Of a stretch of 64,000 bases of DNA, positions 39,665-49,178 are shown one piece after another. Every line of letters starts with the position of its first letter. The first letter of the stretch is position 1. Source of the DNA: Spirochaetia bacterium. GTDB taxonomy: Bacteria > Spirochaetota > Spirochaetia > UBA9216. Below the pieces are notes generated by a model. That model made no database searches, was not told where the DNA came from, and saw only the letters and a program-made list of their open reading frames with translations. A program made the position numbers and the translations under genes. The stretch covers positions 896,001-960,000 of the forward strand of contig CAXXYH010000003.1 of NCBI GenBank assembly GCA_963677925.2, written 5' to 3'.

Positions 39665-40888
39665 TTAACCGATATTTTTTACAGCGGCATATCTGGCTAT
39701 CACAGCCTGTACGGCAAACCCGGCTATGGCAAGAGCCATGAAGCTTATAAATGCGGTATATATAGAATGATACTGGTAAAGATAGCCTCCCCCGACAGAG
39801 CCTGCAATTACTCCGAGGGTAAGAAAACTCTCATGAAGAGCCATTCTTTTACCGCGATTGTCGGCTCCTACTGAACCGTGAAAAATACTGTTTGAATATG
39901 CAAGCGAGAAAAGAAAACCGAATACCGACAGCAGTATATAAAAACCCGCCATAAATCTGTTTACAAAAAGAATAATCATTACGGCAGCTATTGCTACCTG
40001 TGTAAGCATTATTAATTTACTGCTGAAATGCCATTTGTCGGTTTTTCCCAGAAGAATAAAACCTGCTGCAGTGACGGCTCCCCGGATAAAAAGAAGATTT
40101 CCGGCTACACTCTCTCCATACCCCAGGCTATCGCGAATAAACAGCGGGAAGATATTATTGAAAAGGCCGAGGACCGCATATGAACAGAAAACTCCAATCC
40201 AGCCGGCGTAACGCAGTATAGTCCCCCTGCCGTCATTTATTCTTTCAATTTCCGGTTCTGTCTGCTCAACAGCCTGCGGTTCATGAGCTTCAGGAGCCAG
40301 CGCAGCGGCAATCCGCTTCCTGCCCGGGGCTTTCATATCCTCTATAAATACAAGCCCGGCTATAACCGAAGCCACAATTAAGCCCAGAAATACGAGGTCC
40401 ATATAAAAAGCAAGCGAAAGCTGGTGCTCAACTGCAAAACCTCCAACAAGCGGTCCGGTTAAGGCCCCTGTTGACCAGCTTATATTGAACCTTGCTACAG
40501 CCTTTCCCAGGTTCCTGTTATCAAGTCCGGTAGAAAACCAGCCCATAAGCTGAGGCCAGAAAAGAGCCGGTGCAGTAGCAAAAATCAGATACAGGGCTAA
40601 AGCAGCTGCGGCTGACTCTACACGGATCAGCATTGCTATTGACCCAAGCATCAGAAATACAGAACCGAGCATTGAAAGCGCCGGATTGATCTTATCCTGA
40701 ACACGCGTCAACAGCATGCAGCCGGCTGTATAACCTGCAGAACCGACAGCAAAATACCAGCCGATCACCGAGGCATTAAGTCCAAGCGAATCTTTGAGCA
40801 GAAAAATCAGCGAAAAATTGATCAAAGAAAGATTTATGTTCATCAGAAATGCCGCTGGAAACAGCACTGCAGTCTTTTTGAGTTTCAT
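39665..40888 (-). CDS. MFS transporter
   Basis: About 12 hydrophobic segments and a G..GPLVGG motif. Confidence 0.85.
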   Translation of the reverse strand: MKLKKTAVLFPAAFLMNINLSLINFSLIFLLKDSLGLNASVIGWYFAVGSAGYTAGCMLLTRVQDKINPALSMLGSVFLMLGSIAMLIRVESAAAALALYLIFATAPALFWPQLMGWFSTGLDNRNLGKAVARFNISWSTGALTGPLVGGFAVEHQLSLAFYMDLVFLGLIVASVIAGLVFIEDMKAPGRKRIAAALAPEAHEPQAVEQTEPEIERINDGRGTILRYAGWIGVFCSYAVLGLFNNIFPLFIRDSLGYGESVAGNLLFIRGAVTAAGFILLGKTDKWHFSSKLIMLTQVAIAAVMIILFVNRFMAGFYILLSVFGFLFSLAYSNSIFHGSVGADNRGKRMALHESFLTLGVIAGSVGGGYLYQYHSIYTAFISFMALAIAGFAVQAVIARYAAVKNIG

Positions 40889-40889
40889 T

Positions 40890-41975
40890 TTATCTGCCTA
40901 TTTTTTTAAGACGTCTGTAATAGAGATTTCTAAGTTTTTCCGCGGCACGGTAGGCTGTGTACACGCTTCTGCTAAAAGGATAGTCCCAGCTTCCCGGCCT
41001 GTGTAGAATTTCACCGCCGAATCCAGTTTTAAACCGGTACAGACCATACATCGGATGGTTCGGATCATTGAACGGAGGAATTCCGAAAAGATCATAGCTT
41101 CCGCATCCTGCGGCAACAGCCTGCTGAATGGCCTCCCACTGAAGGGCGTATGCCGGCATGTAGTTACGCTTTTCATTCGATGAGGCTCCATAGAGATAAA
41201 CTGCACGGCGGTCTTCGGGAGGACCCTGAAAACTGATAACAATGCCGGCTTCAACCCTGTCGTCAATTACGGCCTCAAGCAGCCGAAGTTCCGGAGCCCG
41301 TCCTGAAGCAGCACCTTCTGCGGACATTTTAAAAAATGTTTCATAGTATTCATAGTTATGCAGCGCAATCTTATCGCGCTCGGATGTAACCCTGTAAATC
41401 TCATACCACTTTGGCAGAGCTTCAATCCCGGAAGTACGGATTTCAACACCCTTCTTTGCAGCCAGCCTGATGTTATACCTGGTTTTTGATTTCATTCCCT
41501 TCATAACAGCATCTGAACCTTCCTTGAGATCCAGGATGACAGTGCTTACAGGCTGAATATCCATACTTGCATGAGTAAAGGCTGCTGAAGGTTTAAGCTT
41601 ATCACCCGGGTATTCACCTGCTCCTTCACCAAGAGAAGGAAGCCTCATACCCCAGGGCGGATCAAAACGCAGAAAGATACAGCCCGGAGGAAGAAGGGGT
41701 TTAAGTATTCGAGCGAGGGCTGCTGTGTATTTCCAGTATTCATCAAGAGAAGCCCCGGCGGTTGATGGTAAATCAGGGCCGCCCGGAACATAGGCCAGAC
41801 TTCTTCCCGCCCCAAGAGTTCTGCAGAGAACAAGAAGCGGTCGGCCGTCGGCTATGAAATACAGGGGAGACCATCCGAATCTGGATTTAAGCTCTCCCCA
41901 GAACCCGGTCTGCAGAAGATTTCCGTGCCGGTTTATATCATCTGAATTTACTTTTTCAAGTTTAATATCGGGCAT
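40890..41975 (-). CDS. FemAB/FemX-family peptidoglycan bridge aminoacyltransferase
   Basis: LLQT.FWGELK..FGW, MKSKTRYNIRLA.KKGV, YLYGASS, YDLFGI, GLYRFKTGFGG. Confidence 0.92.
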   Translation of the reverse strand: MPDIKLEKVNSDDINRHGNLLQTGFWGELKSRFGWSPLYFIADGRPLLVLCRTLGAGRSLAYVPGGPDLPSTAGASLDEYWKYTAALARILKPLLPPGCIFLRFDPPWGMRLPSLGEGAGEYPGDKLKPSAAFTHASMDIQPVSTVILDLKEGSDAVMKGMKSKTRYNIRLAAKKGVEIRTSGIEALPKWYEIYRVTSERDKIALHNYEYYETFFKMSAEGAASGRAPELRLLEAVIDDRVEAGIVISFQGPPEDRRAVYLYGASSNEKRNYMPAYALQWEAIQQAVAAGCGSYDLFGIPPFNDPNHPMYGLYRFKTGFGGEILHRPGSWDYPFSRSVYTAYRAAEKLRNLYYRRLKKIGR

Positions 41976-41984
41976 CTGATAAAA

Positions 41985-44180
41985 TCAGCCTACCTCGCCG
42001 TTTTTCACTGTATCCGTAGTAAGGATTCTGCTTCCGGTCGACAATTTCTTCTCACCGACCATTATCTCACCGCTCTCAGTCCTGATGGGGATATCGAAGA
42101 ACTGATCAACCTTCAGCCTTGCGCATTCAGGAAGACCGGAGGCATCATCACCTTCAAGGATAATTCTGGTGCCGGGTACCGCATCATCGGCAAAAATAAC
42201 CTCAACAGTTTCCTTTCCGTCGGCATCGGCTGCAGATGCGGCAAGAAGCATTCCTTCACTCTTTACACCTCTGAGTTTTGCGGGCTTCAGATTTGATACA
42301 AGGATAATATTGCGGTTAAGCAGTTCCTCTTCCTTATAATGAGGAACAAGTCCCGAGACTATCTGTCTCGGCTCGGCTTCACCGGCATCGATTGTTTCAA
42401 TATACAGTTTGTCGGCTTCAGGATGCCTGTCAATTGCTGTGATTTTTGCGACTCTAAGATCTACTGAGGCTCTGAATCGTTCTTCTACAGGAATATCTGC
42501 AGCAGGCTTCCCCTTCTCTTCCTGTTCGGCTCTTTCCTTCTGACTGCCGGCAAAGCGGGTCCTGAAGGCATCGATCTCATCATCTTCAAGCTTTTTAAAC
42601 AGCAGCTTCGGCTTGCTTATCTGAGACAGGTCATCACGCCTTCCGAGGCTGTCCCAGCTCATGTCGGGATTTCCAAGGAAGCCTGCAATACTTTCGGAAG
42701 TTGATGGAATATAGGGTGCAACCAGGATCGCAAGGTCGCGGACAAGGTAGGTAAGCTCTGCAAGCAGTGCAGCAGCCGCAGCTTCATCCTCTTTGATAAC
42801 CCTCCAGGGTTCGCCGGCCTGAAAAGCCTTGTTGCCCATGTCGGCAAGTTCAAAAATCTTTCTGAATGCGTCTCTGAGTTCTGCCCATTCAAGCAGTTCG
42901 GTAATCTCCGCAATCCGCTTCTTTGCCTCAGCGGTAAATTCGCTGTCAGCAGGAGCTGCCGGAACAACACCGTCAAATGATTTATTGAGGAAGGTCAGGG
43001 TCCTGTTGATCAGGTTACCGAGGTTTCCGATAAGCTCGGAATTAACCTTTTCCTGAAAGTCCTTCCAGGTAAACTGAACGTCCGATTTCTCGGGACGGTT
43101 GTAGTAAACATAAAAACGCCATACATCGGCTGCAATTCCTGTTTCCTTTGCATCGGTACCGAAGACTCCGGTTCCCTTGCTCTTTGAAAACTTGCCGTTT
43201 TCATAGTTCAGGTACTCGGATGATGACATGTGGTGGAGCATTGTCCACTTTTCACCTGAACCCAGCAGCGATGAAGGGAAAATTACTGTATGAAACGGAA
43301 TATTATCCTTTCCGATGAACTGAAAGAGTTCAACTTCTTCAGGATTCATCCACCACTTCTTCCACTCATCGGTAAGGGTGGCGGTAATTGAAACGTAGCC
43401 AATCGGCGCGTCAAACCAGACGTAGAAGACCTTGTCCTCGTAGCCGGCCTTGGGAACGGGAATTCCCCACTTCAGGTCACGGGTAATACAGCGCTCATGA
43501 AGACCGTCGCGGATCCAGCTTTTGGTCATCTGGACGGCATTATGCGCCCACCGGCCTTTCACTGAAGTTTCCTCCATCCATGATTCAAGCAGGGGCAGAA
43601 TCTTGGGAAGGTCGATATAGAGATGATTTGTATCCTGCTCATGCGGATGCGCTCCGCAGGTTCCGCAGCGGGGCTCTATAAGGTCAGCCGGGTCAAGAAG
43701 CTTACCGCAGTTTTCACACTGATCGCCGCGGGCATCCTCATAACCGCAGTGCGGGCAGGTGCCGCGTACATAGCGGTCGGCAAGGTAGCGGTCGCAGCTG
43801 TCGCAGAAAAGCTGGGTATCGGTCTTTTCGAGAATATATCCGGCCTCATCAAGCTTAAGAAAGATGTGCTGAACAATCTCGGTCTGCTCCGGAGTGGATG
43901 TTCTGCCCCACTTGTTGAAGTCTATATTGAACCATTCATAAATTTCAGTATGAATAGCATGATAGCGGTCACAGAGTTCCTTTGGTGAAACACCTTCTTC
44001 AAGGGCCTTCGTTTCGGTTGCTGTACCGTATTCATCAGTTCCGCAGACATACATGGTTTCATAGCCGCGCAGACGGCAGAAACGTGCAAAAACGTCGGCG
44101 GAGAGCACCTGTATAAGATTTCCCAGATGGGGGATATTATTTACGTAGGGTAATGCTGAGGTAATTAGTCTCTTCTTCAT
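41985..44180 (-). CDS. metG: Methionine--tRNA ligase with C-terminal tRNA-binding domain
   Basis: TSALPYVNNIPHLGN, Zn-knuckle CxxC pairs, KFSKS, C-terminal HPEADKLY..SEGMLL. Confidence 0.98.
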   Translation of the reverse strand: MKKRLITSALPYVNNIPHLGNLIQVLSADVFARFCRLRGYETMYVCGTDEYGTATETKALEEGVSPKELCDRYHAIHTEIYEWFNIDFNKWGRTSTPEQTEIVQHIFLKLDEAGYILEKTDTQLFCDSCDRYLADRYVRGTCPHCGYEDARGDQCENCGKLLDPADLIEPRCGTCGAHPHEQDTNHLYIDLPKILPLLESWMEETSVKGRWAHNAVQMTKSWIRDGLHERCITRDLKWGIPVPKAGYEDKVFYVWFDAPIGYVSITATLTDEWKKWWMNPEEVELFQFIGKDNIPFHTVIFPSSLLGSGEKWTMLHHMSSSEYLNYENGKFSKSKGTGVFGTDAKETGIAADVWRFYVYYNRPEKSDVQFTWKDFQEKVNSELIGNLGNLINRTLTFLNKSFDGVVPAAPADSEFTAEAKKRIAEITELLEWAELRDAFRKIFELADMGNKAFQAGEPWRVIKEDEAAAAALLAELTYLVRDLAILVAPYIPSTSESIAGFLGNPDMSWDSLGRRDDLSQISKPKLLFKKLEDDEIDAFRTRFAGSQKERAEQEEKGKPAADIPVEERFRASVDLRVAKITAIDRHPEADKLYIETIDAGEAEPRQIVSGLVPHYKEEELLNRNIILVSNLKPAKLRGVKSEGMLLAASAADADGKETVEVIFADDAVPGTRIILEGDDASGLPECARLKVDQFFDIPIRTESGEIMVGEKKLSTGSRILTTDTVKNGEVG

Positions 44181-44186
44181 GGACGC

Positions 44187-44215
44187 ATTTTAGCCTTATA
44201 TAGTAGATTGGTCAA
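44187..44215 (-). promoter_or_regulatory. sigma70 promoter of metG (predicted leaderless)
   Basis: TTGACC-N17-TAAAAT, 6 nt before the ATG, with no SD. Confidence 0.75.
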
Positions 44216-44422
44216 CGAATCAGTGAAGAACTAGTTCCCGGATTTCTTTATCAAATTTCAACCGGATTCAGATAATTTAAAATTCTTACCTGAATATTTT
44301 ACCCTCAGGTCTGTAATATTCAGTATGGTTGCATGATTAGACTTCTGTCGCGGAGTTTATTTCCTTGACTAGGTCTCTAATCATAAGTAACCTCTAAGTA
44401 ATGGAAAAATTCAGGAGGAATC

Positions 44423-45397
44423 ATGTCTGAAAAGAACGTCAGCCCTGGTGCGAAAAATTTTTCGTTCAGGCCGAAGATTGTTGTGGTAATAATTGTTGCC
44501 GTAATAGTCCTTGCAGGTTTACTGACCAGCTTTTATATGGTGGACCAGACAGAGCAGTCTGTCATTCTGCTTTTTGGAAAATTCAACCGGATAACAGGTC
44601 CGGGATTGCATTTTAAAGCCCCGTTTGGAATAGAACAGAACTTCAATATACAGACACAGGTTATACAGAACATGTCGTTCGGCTTCCGGACCGAGAGAGC
44701 CGGTATTGAAACTGTCTACGCAAAGGGAGACTACCCCGAGGAATCGGTAATGCTTACCGGAGACCTTAATATTGTTGATGTTGAATGGGTAATCCAGTAC
44801 AGGATTGTAGATCCCCGGGAATGGCTTTTTCAAGTCGAAAACCGCGAAAAAACCATTCGTGATATTTCACAGTCTGTCATCAACATGCTTGTTGGAGACA
44901 GAGCTATACTTGATGTAATGGGTTCTGAACGTACTGCGATTTCACTTCAAGCCCAGGAAAGAATGAATGAGATATTCGACACATACAAATTGGGCATATC
45001 GGTAACAACAGTTCAGCTTAAGAATATTGTTCCGCCGGTTGGTGAAGTTCAGGATGCTTTTGAAGATGTAAACATGGCCATTCAGGACATGGAGAAGCTT
45101 ATCAACGAAGGTAAAGAAGCTTACAACAAGGAAATTCCCAAAACAAAGGGTGAAGCGGCACAGATGATACAGGTAGCTGAAGGTTACGCCAAGGAAAGGG
45201 TTAATGAAGCCCGCGGTGACGTTGCCAGATTTAACGCGGTTCTTGAAGAGTACCGGAAAAACAAGGACGTTACCCGCTCAAGACTTTACATCGAGATGAT
45301 TGAGGATGTATTCGGAGCTGACACCGGAACAGATATCGTAGACAAGAATCTTGAAAACTTTCTACCGCTCAAATCTCTTAACGGAGGTGCACAGTAA
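44423..45397 (+). CDS. hflK: FtsH protease modulator HflK
   Basis: SPFH domain, MLTGDLNIVDV, VQDAFEDV, AEGY, RLYIE. Confidence 0.95.
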   Translation: MSEKNVSPGAKNFSFRPKIVVVIIVAVIVLAGLLTSFYMVDQTEQSVILLFGKFNRITGPGLHFKAPFGIEQNFNIQTQVIQNMSFGFRTERAGIETVYAKGDYPEESVMLTGDLNIVDVEWVIQYRIVDPREWLFQVENREKTIRDISQSVINMLVGDRAILDVMGSERTAISLQAQERMNEIFDTYKLGISVTTVQLKNIVPPVGEVQDAFEDVNMAIQDMEKLINEGKEAYNKEIPKTKGEAAQMIQVAEGYAKERVNEARGDVARFNAVLEEYRKNKDVTRSRLYIEMIEDVFGADTGTDIVDKNLENFLPLKSLNGGAQ

Positions 45398-46365
45398 TGA
45401 ACAAGCTCATACGTAACCTAATTATTATTGCAGTAATTCTTATTATTGTGTTTGCAGCAGGCCCCTTTTACGTTCTTTACGAGGGTCAGCAGTCGGTCGT
45501 TACAAGATTCGGACGTATTATCAGTTCAGATACAGAGGCGGGACTCAAGTTTAAAATGCCATTTGTTGATACTGTGACAAAATATCCCAAGAAACTTCTT
45601 TCATGGGACGGTGACGCTCAGAGAATTCCGACGGCAGAGAACCAGTTCATCTGGGTAGACGCAACTGCAAGGTGGAATATCGTTGATCCTGCAAAGTTCT
45701 ACGAATCTGTAACAACACTGGAACAGGCATACGCCCGTATGGATGATGTTATCGATTCATCAGTAAGAACAGTTATTGCTGAAAACTTCCTGCGTGAGGC
45801 GGTTAGAAATACCAACAGCATAAACGAAAGAGTATTTGCCGATACAGAAACAGACACCGAAGATACTGATATCACAGCTGAATATGATGAGGATAAATTT
45901 TCTGAAATCGAAAAAGGCCGTGAAGAGCTTTCGGATGAAATGTACACAGCCGCAAAAATCATCGTTCCACAGTACGGAATAGAGCTGAAAGATATCATTA
46001 TCAGACAGATCCGCTACTCTGATGACCTTACTACAAGTGTTTACAACCGAATGATCAAGGAAAGAAATCAGGTTGCCCAGAGATACCGCTCCGACGGAGA
46101 GGGACAGAAGGCTGAATGGCTTGGTAAACTCGATAATGAGAAACGAAGCCTTCTTTCTGAATCTTATGCCAGGTCAGAAGAAATAAAGGGTCAGGCTGAT
46201 GCTCAGGCTGCGGCAATTTATAATGAGGCATACAAGGTTGATCCGGAATTCTATAAGTTCTGGAAATCTGTTGAATCATATCGTCAGGTTTTACCGAAAT
46301 TTAACAAAACACTGACAACCGATATGGAATACTTCAACTATCTTTATGATCAGGAAGGTCGTTAA
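45397..46365 (+). CDS. hflC: FtsH protease modulator HflC
   Basis: GLKFKMPF, VYNRMIKER, G.ADA.A..IY..AY..DPEFY.FW. Confidence 0.95.
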   Translation: MNKLIRNLIIIAVILIIVFAAGPFYVLYEGQQSVVTRFGRIISSDTEAGLKFKMPFVDTVTKYPKKLLSWDGDAQRIPTAENQFIWVDATARWNIVDPAKFYESVTTLEQAYARMDDVIDSSVRTVIAENFLREAVRNTNSINERVFADTETDTEDTDITAEYDEDKFSEIEKGREELSDEMYTAAKIIVPQYGIELKDIIIRQIRYSDDLTTSVYNRMIKERNQVAQRYRSDGEGQKAEWLGKLDNEKRSLLSESYARSEEIKGQADAQAAAIYNEAYKVDPEFYKFWKSVESYRQVLPKFNKTLTTDMEYFNYLYDQEGR

Positions 46366-46587
46366 TAAACGACCGGAGGCCGTTTTTAACGACCTTTTGA
46401 AATAATCGAATCTTCATAAATGAATATTCGATTATTTCCAGCTTAATTTATGTGGCTATACTTACCTGTTCACGGTAATTTAGTTGCAGTTGTCCGGAGA
46501 ACCCCTCCGGATATTATATATAAAAAACCCGGCTACAAACCGGGTTCTGGCACCGTTTGGAACATAGTTTTAAACGGTGTTTTTTTT
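46355..46587. other. Intergenic cluster of at least five hairpins, including terminators; possible sRNA
   Basis: GGTCGTT/AACGACC; GAAATAATCGAAT/ATTCGATTATTTC (46399-46438); TCCGGAG/CTCCGGA; AACCCGG/CCGGGTT; CACCGTTT/AAACGGTG followed by a T run. Confidence 0.6.
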
Positions 46588-46598
46588 ATGTAACTGCT

Positions 46599-47009
46599 TT
46601 ATAGAATCTGATTAAACTCTACTTTCTCACCGTCGGGGCCTGAGATTACAAAGTAGCTGACGCCATCAGCCTGAAGCGGAAGAGTAATTGGAGCTTCACT
46701 CATCGGGGCATACCCCATGGCCATAATATCAGAAAAGGCAGTGTTAATATCTTTTACATTAAGTGCAAGATGATCTATTGGACCGGTTATTCCTCTCACC
46801 TTATCAAACCCGGCAGCCGGCTGATAAAGTTCAATACAGAATCCATTGATATCAATAAAGGTCACATATGTGGTTCCACCGTCCTCCTGAAGCTCAAACC
46901 TGCTTAGGATCTTAAAACCGATGCTCGAATAAAATTCAATTGATTTTTCAATATCAGATACCGGCAGTCCAAGATGCTGAAACCCCGTCACATTTCCCGT
47001 AATACTCAT
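46599..47009 (-). CDS. VOC/glyoxalase family protein
   Basis: FQHLGLPVSDIEKSIEFY, IELY, IDHLALNV, GPDGEKVEF. SD AGGAG before MSITG. Confidence 0.92.
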   Translation of the reverse strand: MSITGNVTGFQHLGLPVSDIEKSIEFYSSIGFKILSRFELQEDGGTTYVTFIDINGFCIELYQPAAGFDKVRGITGPIDHLALNVKDINTAFSDIMAMGYAPMSEAPITLPLQADGVSYFVISGPDGEKVEFNQIL

Positions 47010-47028
47010 ATTTCTCTCCTGATTTATA

Positions 47029-47427
47029 TTATGATCCAATAATATGCTTCTCCAGCTTAGCGTATGCTTCGGGACCAATCTGGATTTCTCTGACTCTGTA
47101 GCGTTTACCCTCACAGTCAATTCTTATACTAACATCCGGAGTTGTAAACGCCTTTATTTCATCCGTCTTCAGTATACTGTATTTCCGGCTCAGCAGTGAA
47201 AAAATCTTCAAAACCCCGGGCTCCAGAATGAGAAAGGGATTATTCTGCATAAGCTTCGTCCGGATGTAGAACATTACTGTAAGCAGCAGAAATAGTACTG
47301 CAATAATGATATCAAGTACTTCAAATGAGTTGAAAAAACGGAAGACAAAATACAGACAGAAAAGCAGGTATGGAACCGGAATAAAACGATTAAATTTTGA
47401 AAGCGAATAATTTATTTGTTCAGTCAT
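47029..47427 (-). CDS. Hypothetical membrane protein
   Basis: Two TM segments followed by a small soluble domain. Confidence 0.7.
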   Translation of the reverse strand: MTEQINYSLSKFNRFIPVPYLLFCLYFVFRFFNSFEVLDIIIAVLFLLLTVMFYIRTKLMQNNPFLILEPGVLKIFSLLSRKYSILKTDEIKAFTTPDVSIRIDCEGKRYRVREIQIGPEAYAKLEKHIIGS

Positions 47428-47567
47428 GGCTTAAATATATTCCTTAAAAAGATTTTATTAAATACTGGAGAGCTTTTTGCTAAAAATAAAAACCGGACAT
47501 CATTAAATGTTGATTATTTAAGTAATATAGGAATAATTTAACATAATACTGGAAAGGAAGGTTAAAT

Positions 47568-48223
47568 ATGAGCATATTTACTCAGGAAGATAATAATTCA
47601 CTCGATAATATAATTTCTACAAGGCACTCAATCAGAGCATTCAAGAAAGAAACCCCGCCGAAAGAAAAGATTGAAGCAGTCGTGGAAGCCGGCATGAAGG
47701 CTCCCTTTGCTTCAGTTTCTGCTGATGATATTGATGTCTTCAGACATTTTTTTGTTGTACCCAGGGAAAGCGGAAAGCTTCCTGAGATAGACAGACTGAT
47801 AAGAGAACAGTCTCTTGCAGATCTTAAAGAACTGAATAAGGAAATTGAATCAGACCAGTTTATCTCTGGGATCACAGCAAAATTCTTAAAGGCCTGTGGT
47901 CAATGGTTGCAGAAAAGGGAATTCCCGGATTCACCGAAGTCCCTTATCTGGTTGTTGCCGCCGAATGGGCCGGTGCACGAAGGGCTGAAAGACAGAGTCT
48001 TGCCCATGTCATGCAGAATATGTGGCTTAAGGCAACCGCGCTTGAGCTTGGATTCTGTCTTGTATCACCAATTGAGAGTATGATGAACAACGAAGAGTTC
48101 TGCAGCCTTTTCGACCTCCCCGTCGGACGCTACGGCTTTCACGGCTGCATGATAGGCTACTCAAAGCAGGATCTTGATAAGGTTAAGGGAAAACCGGTTA
48201 CCGGAAAGGTGGAGTGGCTGTAA
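47568..48223 (+). pseudogene. Nitroreductase family gene split by a frameshift
   Basis: The N-terminal half (II.TRHSIRAFK..IEAVVEAG..AP) is in one frame. The C-terminal half (QNMWLKATALELGFC..IGY) is in another, and that frame is open upstream as YLWDHSKILKGLWSMVAEKG. The shift is near 47855-47870. Confidence 0.8.
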
Positions 48224-48308
48224 AAGCCGGCCATTCAAACGTTAAGATAATCAGATATTTCAGTACATTTTTCAGGCCCTTATTATTTAACATGATATAA
48301 TATGAACT

Positions 48309-49178
48309 ATGAAAAAACTATTTCTTGTTCTGTTTGTTTTATTGATGAATGTTTCTGCGGTATTCTCTGAATCTGAGAAACCTGTTATTGCTGTGATGGA
48401 TTTTTATTCTGAGGATATCTCCAAAGATCAGATAACCTCCGTCACAAGCAGCCTGTCTTCTGAACTGCTAAAAACAGCTCAGTTTACCGTAATTGAAATC
48501 AGCCGTAGAGACTCTCTTCTTGAAGAGATGAAATTCTCCCTGAGCGGTCTTGCAGACGAGGAAAATGCTATAGAAATCGGCGCCCTGCTTTCAGCCAGAG
48601 CTCTGGTACTCGGCTCAATCGCCGAGGCGGAGAATTCCTACCTTCTTTCTGTAAAGCTTGTAGAAACAGAAACAGGAGAAATACTTAGATCCGCGGAGGG
48701 GAAATACAGCAGCTTTAATTCACTTATCAGCAGTCTGCCACGGACTGCCCGTGAGCTGGCCGGTACTGAAGCTATTCATAAAAACAAAACAGCAGCATTT
48801 ACTCTCATGGGCGGCGGCGCTGTTCTCACCGGTGCGGGAACCTTCTTTCTTGTTAACGGTCTGCTTAAACTCACTGCGGTGGATACCGCCTGGAATAATT
48901 ATGCATCTATGACTACCGGCGATATTACCGCTGCATATGATGAGTATCTGGCAGCTTTCGGTGAAGCAGAAGATTCAAAAGCCAACCTCCAGTTTATAGG
49001 AGGAATAAGCGGGGCGGCTGTCGGACTTGGCCTTATCGGTGTTTCAACATGGATGCTGCTGTCACCCCCTGAAATTGAAAATATCTGGTCTGAAAACAGC
49101 AGTTTGTCAATGATGTTTTTTCCCGGAGCCGATTCCCTTACAATAGCTTTCAGACTGAACCCGAGGATAATAATGTGA
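48309..49178 (+). CDS. Exported CsgG/FlgO-like domain protein with hydrophobic C-terminal helices
   Basis: Signal peptide, PVIAVMDF..AIEIGALLSA..LVLGSI..LSVKLVETETGEI, Gly-rich hydrophobic segments. Confidence 0.7.
   Translation: MKKLFLVLFVLLMNVSAVFSESEKPVIAVMDFYSEDISKDQITSVTSSLSSELLKTAQFTVIEISRRDSLLEEMKFSLSGLADEENAIEIGALLSARALVLGSIAEAENSYLLSVKLVETETGEILRSAEGKYSSFNSLISSLPRTARELAGTEAIHKNKTAAFTLMGGGAVLTGAGTFFLVNGLLKLTAVDTAWNNYASMTTGDITAAYDEYLAAFGEAEDSKANLQFIGGISGAAVGLGLIGVSTWMLLSPPEIENIWSENSSLSMMFFPGADSLTIAFRLNPRIIM

Noticed and set aside
40890-44180. FemAB-family gene as a Gram-positive resistance acquisition
   Set aside because: Spirochaetes have glycine-containing peptidoglycan bridges and, as I recall, Borrelia has the same fem-metG adjacency. 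It is likely ancestral.
45835-45895. DTETDTEDTD low-complexity stretch in HflC
   Set aside because: It is an acidic insertion in the variable region of HflC, not a tandem-repeat locus.
46355-46587. CRISPR, REP or MITE interpretation of the hairpin cluster
   Set aside because: The hairpins differ in sequence, there are no regular spacers, and I saw no other copies or target-site duplications in the window.
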